From the NCBI RefSeq assembly GCF_000372725.1, contig NW_005201192.1, positions 186,001 through 250,000 on the forward strand: a stretch of 64,000 nucleotides of DNA, read 5' to 3'. Under the pieces are notes generated by a model. The model saw only the letters and a program-made list of their open reading frames with translations, was not told where the DNA came from and ran no database searches. Positions 23,980 to 36,029 of this stretch are shown piece by piece. A program made the translations under genes and the position numbers. The DNA comes from Emiliania huxleyi CCMP1516 (taxonomy: Eukaryota). How positions within the stretch are numbered: position 1 is the first letter of the stretch; each line of letters begins with the position of its first letter.

Positions 23980-24726
23980 GCGTGCGGAGTCGTGCATATG
24001 CGCGGGGCTCCTCTTTGCGAATACTCGGCGACGGGTCCTCCGTAGTCGGTTGAGGTCGCCGCCCTCCTCGTGCCTCTCCCCAACCCCTCGGTCCCCTCGG
24101 TGGTCGACGCCGTCGGTCGGCTCCGGCTCCCCCGATTGGGTCGGCCCTGCACTCGCTTCGCTGCTTGCTGCCTTGTCTTCACTGTCGTCTCTCCTCTCTT
24201 TCCTCGCCTCTTCTCGTCTAGCCTCTTCGCTTGTAAAGGTAATGCTTTGTACATGCGTCGATGATCTCTTTTTCCTTTTCGCGTGAGCACCACTGTGACT
24301 CTGAAGCTTGCCCAGCGTGAGTCCAAGTGACACAAATGACACGTGCGTGCCCAGCATGGGCAAGGGGCTAGCAGGGTCCAGGGGCGAGGGGGGGGGGGGG
24401 GGGGTCAAAGAGGTCAATCAATTGAAGAGAGAAGGTTGAAGGGGGCGGGAGTCAATTTCAGTAGAGTACCTCCGAAGCGAGGGGCCGCCCCCGCCCCCCA
24501 GCCAGCGAGCTCTCGTGTACAAGCGTGCGTGTGCCGGCACAGATTCCGCAGAAGGCGAGCGCTGTGAACGCCCAGATTCGTCCGTCCCCCGCGGTACCTA
24601 TCGGAGTTCAAACTTCGCTCGGAATTCGCACCACCAGCCGGAACTCCCGGAACCGCGTCGCCTGCGCCAACAGTCTCAAGGCCTCAGATCAGAACATGGT
24701 AAACTCTCCCTCGCAGCGTCTGGCCG

Positions 24727-26072
24727 TTGGCGCTGCCCGAGCTGCCGAGCGAGATGCTGCTCCGCATCGCCTGCGTTTCCCCCGCCGCCGAAATACGCCG
24801 CGCCATGGTCCTCACTTGCTCAGCGTGGCACAATGTGCTGCACGAGGTGAGACGCCCCGCAGACGCGGCCGCCCTCACAGCCACACTCCCCGGCGTTCAC
24901 ACTCCCGACGCCTTCGTCGGCGCCCTTGCCGCCTCCCCTGCCGCCGCCGCCGTGCTCGCCGCCCCCTCCGCTGCCGCCAAAGCAGCCCTAGCTCTCTTCC
25001 GTGGCCCCGGCTCCTTGACGCCCCCACCCCCGCATTGGCGGCAGGATGTGCCCCTCCTCGAGGCAGTCACGCTGGCGAAATTCCCGCGCGTGGCGGGACT
25101 GGTGCGTGCGGTGGGGGAGACGACTCCCAACTGGCCGGCCATCTACCTCGCCCAGCTTCACAGCTCGCAGCGGCATGTCAGATTTGGGCCCGCCCGTCCT
25201 TCGCTCTGCCCGCTTCACCACTACACCTTCTCGGTGCAGCTGGTGGCGGAGGCGACGCACCCGCACGCGGAGTGGGGAGAGGGCGAGGACAAGGCCCGCG
25301 TGCTGAGCGAGTTCCACGGCTCGCTCCGCCCCGGCGTAACCGTCGCCGATGGCGTCCTCGGCCGGGAGGGCGGGCTGCGGCTCTGGGAAGACGGCCTTTG
25401 CCCTCATGCGCTCGAGGCGCCCTCAAGGGAGGAAGAGAGGGACGAGGCTGCATCCCGCCCCGTGGTCCTTGTCTACTCGCTCCGCATCTGGATCTCCGAC
25501 GGCCTCCGCAAGACGCAACAGCTCTATGAGTGCAGTTACTATGGCGAGGGTTCAGACGGCTGGTGGCTGTTTGAGACCTCCAGCCTGCCGACCGCGCTCA
25601 GTCGAACGGTGAGGTTTGTCGTCGATCGGGGCACGGGCATGCATGCCATCCCCAAGCGGCCACGGCGCGAGTACCCCTCTGGCCTCGACGCGGCGATTGC
25701 TTGCGTGCCCGACAGGGGGCTGTTCCGCCCTGTCCTGCAGGTCTTCACGCACCTGGGACACTTCCGAGAGATCCACACCTGCACACACGCAACCTTTGGT
25801 AGCTGATGTGGGTAGGGGTGGTGGGTCCAGCACTCGCCCCGCGCTCATTGTCCTCTGCCCGCCCACGCCCCCCCCTCCCGCCCCGCCCGCAGTCGCGCAT
25901 GCACCCGCAGAGCGGAGCCGTGGAGCTGCAGTTCAGCTGGGAGCAAGGCCCGCTCAAGGGTGACCGCGTGCTAGGGTGGGAGGAGGGAAAGGTCTTCCCC
26001 TTCACCGAGAACGAGGTGCGGCGCTACCTCGAGTACGGCCTCGACTGGCAAACCGGCGTGTCGAGGTGGTGA
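24727..26072 (+). CDS. F-box-like hypothetical protein, multi-exon; start uncertain
   Basis: N-terminal LPELPSEMLLRIACVSPAAEIRRAMVLTCSAWHNVL resembles an F-box; long coding-like ORF plus a terminal exon ending at 26072. Confidence 0.5.
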
Positions 26073-26352
26073 TCATGGAGGGGAAGGGCCGTGCCCGAGC
26101 AAGGCATCCGCTCGCTCTGTGGGTCTCACTGACGCATAGGACGAGAGACGGCGGGCAGACAGAGAGCAGCTCTCTCTCCGGTCGCGCAGGATATTCAGCG
26201 ATCGTTCGCGCGCACGAACAGTCAACGGGGGGGGCGGGGCGGGGGGAGTCGAGTGAGTCAGACAAAGGCCCGAGAGAGTTATGACTGCCGAGAGCTCAGC
26301 CGAGCGAGTCGAGCTCAGCCGAGCGAGTCGAGTTGAGCTGATCTCTCGAGAT

Positions 26353-28571
26353 CTTAGGGGACCCCTAGGCTTAAAAGGGTGGGCCCTGGGGCACCTGCGG
26401 TTTGAACGGCTTAAGGTTGCTCCCGGCCCAGTGGGGATTTTGGCCTACTCGCTTAGTGTGGGTAAACCATAGTACCGTATACGGTACTATGAACAGAGAA
26501 GCCCATAAAAGTCGCCGCGGCAGTCCACGCCGAGCCGGCCTGCTGCCGGCTCGCACGGCAGCCTTTTCCTCTCGACCAGCCTCAACTTCCGTACAGTCAA
26601 CATTTTGTCGCTGCGTGCTCGTGGCGAGCTGTGGCGGCGGTCGAAGTTGGCCCAGATTCGACGACGAGCGCCGGACGATAGTACCGCCTTTGTTCGCCCT
26701 GTGCATGTCAGGCCAGGCTGCAGCAGGGCACTACCATCGTGCTGCCCTGCTGCAGCCTGACCTTGCCCACTGTGCACAGCCGCCAGAGCACCACCACCGC
26801 CCGGCATCGTGTCACGGCGAGCTCCTTCTGCGCCCGCTCGCGAGGCTCTCGCGCTGGCACACTTTGGCCATCTGCTGCTCGCGTTCGGCGAGCTCTTCTC
26901 CGCAATCCTGCCACGGTGCCGCCACCACACACCTTCTGGCCGGCCTGAGCCGCGCGGGGTCGCCGGCGGGGGCAACGCGTCGACCTCTCTCTCTGGTGCA
27001 CCACGGGCCGCGACGGCCTGCGAGCAGCTGGCGCGAGGAGGCAGTGTGCCGGCACAGTCGAGCCGGAGCATCGGGTTCTTGATGCTTGTGGGGTCGAGTT
27101 TGACCTTATGTGGCATAATATGCAACAATAAGGCTATGCTATCTCCCGGATTTTTGAGATATGATCCCTCAAAGTCGAATTATGGTTTACTGGTGACCAT
27201 AGTACCGTCTGTCTTGTTTGCCGCGTTTCTTCCAACGAATACTTTAAAGTCTCGACAATCACTAAGCTGCTTATGTGGCACCGCAGAGGCTCTCTTGGGG
27301 ATGCCTGAGGCCACCCCAACCACTCACCAAGCCTTACGTGGACGAATTCAAACCTACTTTTATGGTTTACCCACACTAAGCGAGTACCTTAAGGTACTCA
27401 GTGACCGTCTCTAAGGGGCCCTAAATGGCCTGCAATGCCATATCTTCGTTTGTGCCTAGGTTGTAGAGCACTTTAAAAAACTAGTATGTCTTGGAGTGAA
27501 AAGTTTCTCGATGAGGTGGGGATCCCCAAGCTGCAGAACATGTGCGAGCCAGCGCCTACGCCGCTCAAGGAGTCAGGCGCGGAGCGCCGCGCGCGGAGCG
27601 CGCCCCGAAGAAAATTTTGAGGGTTGAGGAGGGCTAGGTGCGATTTATATTAAGAGTTGACTCACACGCTAGGAACCACTCGGCCCACCCACAGGCCCAA
27701 TCTCAAGTGGCGGCGCTCCGCGCCTGTGCAGCGGCGCGCTCCGCGCGTGTTCTGCAGCGGCGCGCTCCGCGCGTGTCTCTAGGCGCTACATGCGGCCGTC
27801 GCCGTGCCCTTCATCAACCGTGCGCTCGAGAACTGGGGCGGGCTCAACTGGGAAGACCGCTTTCACCACAACGACAGGTCACATGCACAGAGCGGGGTGT
27901 GGTCATGACGCGGAAGAAGGCAGAGACACAGCGTCTGCCAGACAGGTCACATGCACGGCATTGGAGCTTCGCTGCAGCGGGGTGTGGTCATGACGCGGAA
28001 GAAGGCAGAGACACAGCGTCTGCCAGACGCGTGCTACGACGTCAGGCCAGCTTCGAAGCAGCGTGGCCACAACTGACTGCAACAGACTGTCTTCATGTGT
28101 CTAGACTCTACCGGAGCGGTACCGCGGTGCGCTCCGCGCACATAGGTGCCAGCGCGCTCCGCGCGGTATCTAGCCAGCGCGCTCCGCGCGTGTGTCCAGC
28201 TAGCGCGCTCCGCGCGTGTGTCCGGGTAGCACCAGCGCGCTCCGCGCGCACGATAATCCAGTGCCTACACTTGTAGGCACTGAAAGCTTGTTTCTGCAGC
28301 TTTTGGCCGGGGATCCGTGGTGAGCAGATTCCCAGATTCTCCAGATTCCCCTCGAAAACCGCCCCTTTTAATTCATTGCGGCCGCGGGTTTGCTCGGATT
28401 ACTCGTTTCCCTCGAAGACATACTAGTTTTTTGGCGTTCCGGTGCCTACAAAAGATATCCGAGATCCCATGGAGCTGAACACAGGATTTGCCGCGGTCAC
28501 TGTCCTACCAGCGGGCACAGTGGGCCGCGGACACCCGTGAATGACTAGGCAGGTTTTAAGAGCTGCTGGGC
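26353..28571. mobile_element. Second member of the CTTAGGGGACCCC element family, interrupted by inserted DNA
   Basis: 26353-26413 matches the reverse complement of 15218-15277, and 28544-28572 matches the next internal segment (15181-15209). CTCGAGAT flanks both sides (26345-26352, 28572-28579). Confidence 0.55.
27475..28432. mobile_element. Nested TIR element with GCGCGCTCCGCGC arrays and an internal ~87-bp tandem duplication
   Basis: AAAAAACTAGTATGTCTT(G/C)GAG(T/G)GAAA at 27475 and its reverse complement ending at 28432; duplication at ~27873-28029. Confidence 0.75.
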
Positions 28572-29916
28572 CTCGAGATGCTGGTTTCGGCCTAGCGCGA
28601 GTCGGAAGGGAGACATGAGTGACACGTGGAATAGTCTCCGTGCTGGGAGCACTTATGCGCACGCCGAGACGAAAGAGCTGCTCTTTGCTCCTCCCCCCCC
28701 CCCCCCCCCCCAGCGCGGCAAAACGAACCCGACGAACCGCGCGCCCCTCGCGAGAGACTCACACATCTCTCCGCACACGCACATACACGCAGCACGCACC
28801 CCACACCGCAGAACCCCACCTTTTGATACCACACAAAACCTGGCACTTCCCACGAGATGCGGGACCTTCGGCGAAGAGAGAGTCGGGGCCGCCGCGGCCG
28901 CGAGGGGTTTGCAGGCGGGAGAACGAGATGTTACCCCCCCTCCCTCCCTTTCTACAGTCTCGCTCCACGACGAGGATTGCCGTCCTTTCTGGCTACGCGG
29001 ATGTGATTACGCTGTGCTTGCCTACTCCCAGACACTGGATGGTTGCGGCTGAACGCAAGGTGTTAGGTGTACAACAGCACGCCGACACGTCCAAATCCCG
29101 TCGCCGGCGTGCCGTCGGTGTCATGTGTCGGCCGGACCACAGCTCTCGAAGAAGGCCGCTTGCGACTGCCTCACGGTGGGGTTCATTCAGAACGTCAAGC
29201 TGCGTGGCTGCCTGGCGAGCATCACGCGCGAGGCGGCGATATCCGCGCCCTTCGAAACGTTGTTCGCATATGCGAAGCGACATCGAGTTTTCTGCCGCTC
29301 TGAGTGCTCACAAGGCGGAGCGGCGCGACCGCCGCGCCATCGAGCACGCCATCGCCGTTGCTGCGCTGCAGTCTGTCTACGGCGGCATCGCACTCGCACT
29401 GAAGCGGCGGCTGCCAGCGGCGCGGCCTCTTTCGGTACTACCACTACTGCGGCGATGCGGCCGACGCGGGGGGCGAGAACGCGGCGAGGGAGGCGTGGGC
29501 GCAGGGTGCGCTCTCGCAGAGGTCGGCGGGCGTCGGTCCCCGACCCCAACGCATGTGGGGGTCGCACCGCACGGAGGGCGGGGATGGACTTTTGCGAGAA
29601 CAGATGTGCTTCGCCAACCGCAACGGCGACCTCGTGGCCCCAGCATGATACATGTCGGACACGACAATGTATTTGCATCTCAGCATCCTGCCACTTTTTT
29701 GAGTCTCCCTCGCCTCGGTCGCCGCTCTTCCCGAGCCCACGTCACGTCGCTTGTTCCGGGTTCCCCGGGTCTCGCGTCGCTCTTGTTCCCGCGCGCAGTG
29801 CGCAGAGCTTCGCTTCCGCTTGCGGCCGCGGGCTCTTGGCGCGTCCGCTCTCTCTCTCTCTCTCTCTGGCCCTTGATAAGCCGCGCGCGGAATTTAGCCC
29901 TGTCTCTTGGTCGGAC

Positions 29917-30468
29917 TCACTCGCGGGTGCCGGACCAATCCGGCTGGGGCTCCTTCTTGCCCTTCTGCACGAGATTCTGCTCGTTGAGGAGCTTGCGGAA
30001 CCGGGGCTCCAACTCCGAAAACGCGCCGATAAGCGCCACTTGAAAGACACAGTGGTATTGCGTCGGCTGACAGAAGATGACGTTCAGGTCCTTGGACGGC
30101 TCCACGAGGTCGGGGTAGCCGTTGTACAGGGCGGCGACGCGGCGCTTCAGGATGGCCCGCTCCAGCTCCATGTTGTGAACGTAGTGCTGGTCGTCGCCAG
30201 TCAGGCCGAGGATCTGGCACACCTCACGCACGCTGATGCCCGCGTCTCCCGCGATCTTCTTCATCCGCGTCTCCGCCCAGAGCGTGTACGCGTCGGCCGA
30301 CTCCTCAAACTCCTCCGGGGAAAGCGCGATGGGCGGCGCGCCGATAGCTGTGCGGCCGGCGGCGGACTCGAGACCCGCAATGAGGACCGCGTACGCCGCC
30401 TTGACCACCTGAGCGTCACGGTCTTCGGCATCTGCCGTCGTTGAGCGCTTCGCGTTCCGAGTCGACAT
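29917..30468 (-). CDS. Intronless hypothetical protein (183 aa)
   Basis: ATG-to-stop ORF with strong GC3 bias and globular composition (MSTRNAKRS...YTLWAETRMKK...IFCQPTQYHCVFQVALIGAF). Confidence 0.55.
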   Translation of the reverse strand: MSTRNAKRSTTADAEDRDAQVVKAAYAVLIAGLESAAGRTAIGAPPIALSPEEFEESADAYTLWAETRMKKIAGDAGISVREVCQILGLTGDDQHYVHNMELERAILKRRVAALYNGYPDLVEPSKDLNVIFCQPTQYHCVFQVALIGAFSELEPRFRKLLNEQNLVQKGKKEPQPDWSGTRE

Positions 30469-30717
30469 TGCGAGAGGGAAGACGGCGCGCTCCTCGCTCA
30501 GCTTGGTACGCCGCCAAGAGACTTCTTTCGCAAAGAACAAAAAAACGCGCCTCCCACCCCCCACCCCCCCTTGCTCTCTCTTCTGGGAAGGAGTGTCGGC
30601 AATCTGGTCGGCAATCTTCTCACCGTTTAAATTCTTCTTGCCGTGAACGGAATTCTTCTCGCTAGGGCACCAAGTCTCGCGCCGCCGACCCGGTGCCTCC
30701 TGGTCGCCGCCGCATCC

Positions 30718-33026
30718 ATGCTGCCGCTAGTGCGGCGGCGACTAGGTTTATCACCGCCGCGACTCCTCCGCGCCATCTGCTCACGGGCTGGCAGTACCAG
30801 GATCGGCGACACCACCGTGGCGCTCCGTGCGGCTGAGCGAATAGAGCTTGTTGGCTCAGCGAACCGAAGCCTACTGCCGAGCGGCTCGGACTCTGAAGAA
30901 ACGCTCGCCACCCTCGAGTGGCTCGCGAAGAAGGCGCTGCTCCGCCAGGACGCCATGCTACTCGGCGAGTCGGTCGGCACCCTCCGTTCGCTGGCTTTCC
31001 GCTTTTGCGAGGTGACAGGCCGCGAAGCTGAGCACGTCTCCATCTCGCGTGACACGACCGAGTCGGACCTCAAGCAGCGGCGCGAGATCCGTGGAGGCTC
31101 TGTCGTCTATTCAGACCTTCCGGTGGTGCAAGCCGCGGTCAACGGGCGGGTGCTCATCATCGAGGGCCTCGAGAAGGCGCGCGCTAGACCTCGGCTGCGG
31201 CTGCACCTCGGCTGCACCTCCGGCTGCACCTCGGCTGCACCTCTCTAGGCGGAGCGCAACTTGCTGCCCATCCTCAACAACCTGCTCGAGAACCGAGAGA
31301 TGCAGCTCGACTCCGGCACACCCTCTCCTATGCACACCCTCTCCTCACACCCCTGCCATGTGCCAAAATCGGACACACGGCCGAGTCATGCACAACATGT
31401 CGTTGCCGAGTGATAGCCGAGATGTGGCCGACGCGTGGCGTCGGCGGAGCCGGTCTCCCGTCCCTTCCAGGCGCCTTCCTCGTCCACCCGCGCCGGTACG
31501 ATAAGCTCCTCGCCGAGGGAGCCACCGAGGCCGACCTCGCCGCCCGGCAGCTGGCGCGAGACGCAGCTGAGATCGGCGCCGAGATCAAAGACCGAGCGGA
31601 GATCTGGCCGAGATGCAGACCCAGCCAAGATGTGCGGCCGGCGGTGGCGTGAGGGCGGACGGTGGCGCGATGCGCACAGCCGCAGGAGAGACGGCGCCTC
31701 TCGCGAGCTGCCTCTCGCCCCGCCGCAGCTCCGCCTATAGGGAAGGCTCCTAGAAGGCTCCTAGAAGGCTCCTAGAAGGCTCCTAGAAGGCTCCTAGACG
31801 GCGCCTCGCCTCGCCACATCTCTCGCCTCGCCGCAGGTCCGCTGCCACGACGACTTCCTCGTGCTCGTCATCGGTCTGCCCGTGCCTCGCTTCCCGGGCG
31901 CGCCTCTCGACCCGCCGCTCCGCTCCCGCTTCCAGGTGCGCNNNNNNNNNNNNNNNNNNNNNNNNNNNNNNNNNNNNNNNNNNNNNNNNNNNNNNNNNNN
32001 NNNNNNNNNNNNNNNNNNNNNNNNNNNNNNNNNNNNNNNNNNNNNNNNNNNNNNNNNNNNNNNNNNNNNNNNNNNNNNNNNNNNNNNNNNNNNNNNNNNN
32101 NNNGGCGCGCTCGCGCGCGACGCATTGCTCCATCCAACTACACCTCGGCTGCACCTCGGCTGCACCTCGGCTGCACCTCGGCTGCACCTCGGCTGCACCT
32201 CGGCTGCACCTCGGCCCCAGGCCTCCGACGCGCTCGACGCTCTGGCGACGGCGCATGCGGCGCGCGCTGACGGAGCGGCGAGCGGCGCGGGCGGTCCCGA
32301 GGACCCCCCCTGCGCCGCTTACCCCGCGCTCGAGTCGATCGCTCGCTTGAGCGCGGCTTTCCCCGCGGCGCCGCTGCCGCAGCTGCTGCCGCGCGCGCTG
32401 CCGCCGCACCCAAAGGTGCGTGAAAGCGATGCGCGCCCCTCTGAGCTCCCCACGGCTCGGCTGGACCTCGGCCCGGATCTCCCGGTGGCAGGTGTCTGAG
32501 ATGCTGCGCCACTTCGAGCTCGCCCTTCCCGGTGACGAGGCGCTCTCCGCCCCGGCGGGAGGGTACCAAGTCTCGACGCTGCGGCCGGCGGAGCTGCTTC
32601 CGGAGGGGTCCGATAACGACCCGGCCAGGACGGCGCTCGTCGAGTGGAGGCACAGTGGCGGCGGCGACGTGACTAGCGTGGTCGGCTGCGGCGAGCACTT
32701 TGGCAGCGCCGACGCCGCCGCCCTCGCCGGTTTGGGGCCGACGTTTGCAGAGCTGCCTTCGCAGAGCGCACTCGTCGCTGCTCTGCTGCAGGCGAGGCCC
32801 CATCCTCGACACTTCCTAGACACTTCCTAGACACTTCCTGCGAGGCCCAGTACAGCGTCGGCTGCTCTCTCGGCGCCACTGCAGCTGCTCTTCGGGTGGG
32901 TCTGTCTCATCTCGCCTCCCCCCCGTCGCACCCGCAGAGCCACGCAGTTGGCGCCGACGCGCTGCTCCTCGGGGGCAAAGGGAGCGGCAAGACGGCGGCG
33001 GCGCGGCGCTTCGCGGCGGCGCTCGG
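30718..33026 (+). CDS. VWA8: von Willebrand factor A domain-containing protein 8 (multi-AAA ATPase), 5' part only
   Basis: WLAKKALLRQDAMLLG; EHVSISRDTTESDLKQRREI; VQAAVNGRVLIIEGLEKAERNLLPILNNLLENREMQL; IGLPVPRFPGAPLDPPLRSRFQ; LLLGGKGSGKT. Truncated by the N-gap. Confidence 0.9.
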
Positions 33027-33491
33027 NNNNNNNNNNNNNNNNNNNNNNNNNNNNNNNNNNNNNNNNNNNNNNNNNNNNNNNNNNNNNNNNNNNNNNNNNN
33101 NNNNNNNNNNNNNNNNNNNNNNNNNNNNNNNNNNNNNNNNNNNNNNNNNNNNNNNNNNNNNNNNNNNNNNNNNNNNNNNNNNNNNNNNNNNNNNNNNNNN
33201 NNNNNNNNNNNNNNNNNNNNNNNNNNNNNNNNNNNNNNNNNNNNNNNNNNNNNNNNNNNNNNNNNNNNNNNNNNNNNNNNNNNNNNNNNNNNNNNNNNNN
33301 NNNNNNNNNNNNNNNNNNNNNNNNNNNNNNNNNNNNNNNNNNNNNNNNNNNNNNNNNNNNNNNNNNNNNNNNNNNNNNNNNNNNNNNNNNNNNNNNNNNN
33401 NNNNNNNNNNNNNNNNNNNNNNNNNNNNNNNNNNNNNNNNNNNNNNNNNNNNNNNNNNNNNNNNNNNNNNNNNNNNNNNNNNNNNNNNNNN

Positions 33492-34293
33492 CGAACTTCG
33501 CGTTGCCGATGCCTCGCTCCGTCGCGAGCTGTTCTGCGCGGCGGCGCTGCTCAGGCGAGATTGTGATGCCTGGTTTATCACAAAACACAAATCAAGATGA
33601 AACATGCATCATTTCGCTGCTCTGGCGAGATGGTGATGCCAGTCACGTCGGCCGAGGGGAACTTCTTGGCGATGTAGCGGCTAGTGCCGCCGATCCCGCA
33701 GCCGACGTCGAGCACCCTGCTCGGCGCCTACGCGGATGGGTCGAGAGGGCGGCTCGAGGACGGCGCAAGGACAAGTGTCCCCGCAAAGAAGGCGGCCGGC
33801 GCGAGCGGCGGCGCGCCTCCGTCTGAGAGAAGTCGAGCATGCGGTCGATGAAGTCGTACTTCGCCTCGACAAAGTCCTTGCCGCCGTACAGGGGCGCCTT
33901 ACGCTGCCCCTCCTCGTAGTAGCCCAGGTGGATGTGCTCGCCCCAGTAGTACTCGAGGATGCCCTCCGACGTCCACGCATCGTACTCCTCTCCGACGGAG
34001 TTTATTCCGCCCGCCTCGCGCTCGCCGTCGCGGTAGGAGCGCGAGGGCGTATTGAACACCCGCAGCACCCACGCGAAGATCGTAGCGACCAGCGCCGTTG
34101 CAGCAGCACCAATGGCGAGCGGCCTCGACGCGAGCGCTGTCGCTGGGGCTGCGAGGACCGCCGCCGCCGACGCGTGCGGCGCGGCGGCGCGGCGTGGGCT
34201 GCGGGGCGGCGGCAGGCGCTGAGGCCGGACACCAGCGAGTGCGCTGAAGCCCGCAGCGGGGGCTGCGAGCGCGAGCAGCAAGCAGCTCCTCAT
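33492..34293 (-). CDS. MPBQ/MSBQ methyltransferase (tocopherol/plastoquinone pathway), copy 1, 5' part
   Basis: [28 protein letters not shown]...[10 protein letters not shown]...[14 protein letters not shown]; inverted copy of 54086-54889. Confidence 0.85.
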
Positions 34294-34468
34294 TCAGCGC
34301 GATTTCTCTGAACCCTCTCACAGAAAAAAGAAAAGAGCCGAGAGAGGAGACGGGTGACCAAGAGGGGGAGAGAAAAGAGTTGTTAGGGTGAGGGTCGTAA
34401 GAATCAAAGCCTCTTGGTGCCTTACTTCGTCCTTTCAATGGTTCAAAATACACATAGGTGCATGTCCC

Positions 34469-36003
34469 TCACGCGGACACCTCCGCGCCCGCCCCCTTCT
34501 TCTCCGCCTGTCCCTCCGCACCGCTGCCCGCCGCCCCTCCCTGCTCCTTGAGCGCGGCCTCCAGCCTGCGCACCTTCGCGCGCTCCGCCTCAAGCGCCTT
34601 CCTCTCGCCCTCGACCTGCACCGCCCACTCCTCCTGCTGCTTCTTGAGCGCCGCGTGGTGCTCGGCGCGCAGCTTGCGCTCGAGCTCGCTCTGCCACGCC
34701 TCGCGGTCGGCGCGCTCTCTGGCCTTGCTGTCGCGATCCGCCACGCCGCTCCTCGCCTCCTTCAGCCGCCGCTCCAGGCCCTGCACGAGGTCGCGCAGCT
34801 GGTCATTATCATCCATCCAGCGGCCGAGCTCCTGCACGCGTCAGGGACGTGTCAAGGACGTGTCGCGCGGCCGGCCGTTCCCATTCGCCGCCCAGGCTCC
34901 TCATCGAGCGCCGCCCCCTGGCTCTGGATCGCCCTCTGCCGCTGCCGCAGCGCCGCCTTCTCCTCGTCGTGCTGCTGCTGCAGTGCGGCCATCGCCCCCT
35001 CCTTCTCCTGCCGCGCAAACTCGAGCAGCGACTGCAGCCGGCGCACCTCGCCAAAGTAGGTGCGCGCCTGCACCTGCAGCTCGCGCAGCCGCGTGCTCTT
35101 GCTCGAGTGGGCCTACTCCCGCCGTGCGGCGTGAGCAGCCGTGCTCACCGGGGCGTCTGCTCTCTTGTGCTCGAGCTCTGCCAGCTCGGCCAGCTCCGCC
35201 TCTTTGCCCTGGAGCTGCCGCCGTAGCTCGCGCACCTGCCCTTTCAGATTACGCAGCAGGTGCGCGTCCGCGCGGGGCAGGCCCGCCCCAATGGCAGCGA
35301 CGCTCCCACTCGACTCAAAGAGGGCCGCCGCCGCAGGGTGCGCGTCCTCGGCGCTCCGCTCTGCGCGGCGGAGCTCCGCCTCGCTCCGCGCCGCCGCTGC
35401 TCTGAGCTGTCTGTTGTCCCGCTCGGCCTGTGCGAGCGCCCGTCTCGTCTGCTCCACCTGCTCGGCGAGCTCCTCCACTCCTCGCCGTGTCGAGCCAACC
35501 GGCTGCCCTCGGATGCGGCCTCCCGCAGCCGCCCCGCGATGTGCCGCGGCTTGGAGGCCCTTGGCCGGCGACCGCGGATGCGAGGCCGAGGCAGGCCTTC
35601 GACGCATCGCAACTGCAACGCTGGCAGTGCCGGTGGCCGTCCGCCGTGTCGCCGCGGGACGGGCGCCTGCGATGACTGCAGGCACATCGGTTATCCTCAA
35701 TGGTGGCCTTGGGTCGGCGCCGGTGCGAGCAGCGCCGGTTCCCGGCGTACCAGCGTCGCCAATAAGCGAGGTCGGGTGGTCTTGGGTCGCCCCGAGAGCC
35801 TCACGCCTCCGCCGCTGCCGGTCCGCGATGACGTCCTCCGGACTCTCTTCTGCGTGCGGATCCAACCGCTCGGTCCCGCTGGCCCACTCTGACTGCGGCT
35901 CGTCATCATCAGAGATGGGCTGCTCGTGAACCGCGGGCCCATGCTGCTCGGACGCGGCGGGTGGCTCCTGCTCTGGTGGGGCTTGGGTGTCGCTCGCACT
36001 CAT
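34469..36003 (-). CDS. Coiled-coil hypothetical protein, copy 1 (3 exons)
   Basis: E/Q/R/L-rich heptad exons; near-identical inverted copy at 51941-53475. Confidence 0.7.
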
Positions 36004-36029
36004 TCTTCAACGCGCGACGTGACTCCATA

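Noticed and set aside
27873..28029. Repeat-spacer-like duplication resembling a mini CRISPR array
   Set aside because: Only two units, located inside a TIR element in eukaryotic DNA, with no cas genes; it is a simple tandem duplication
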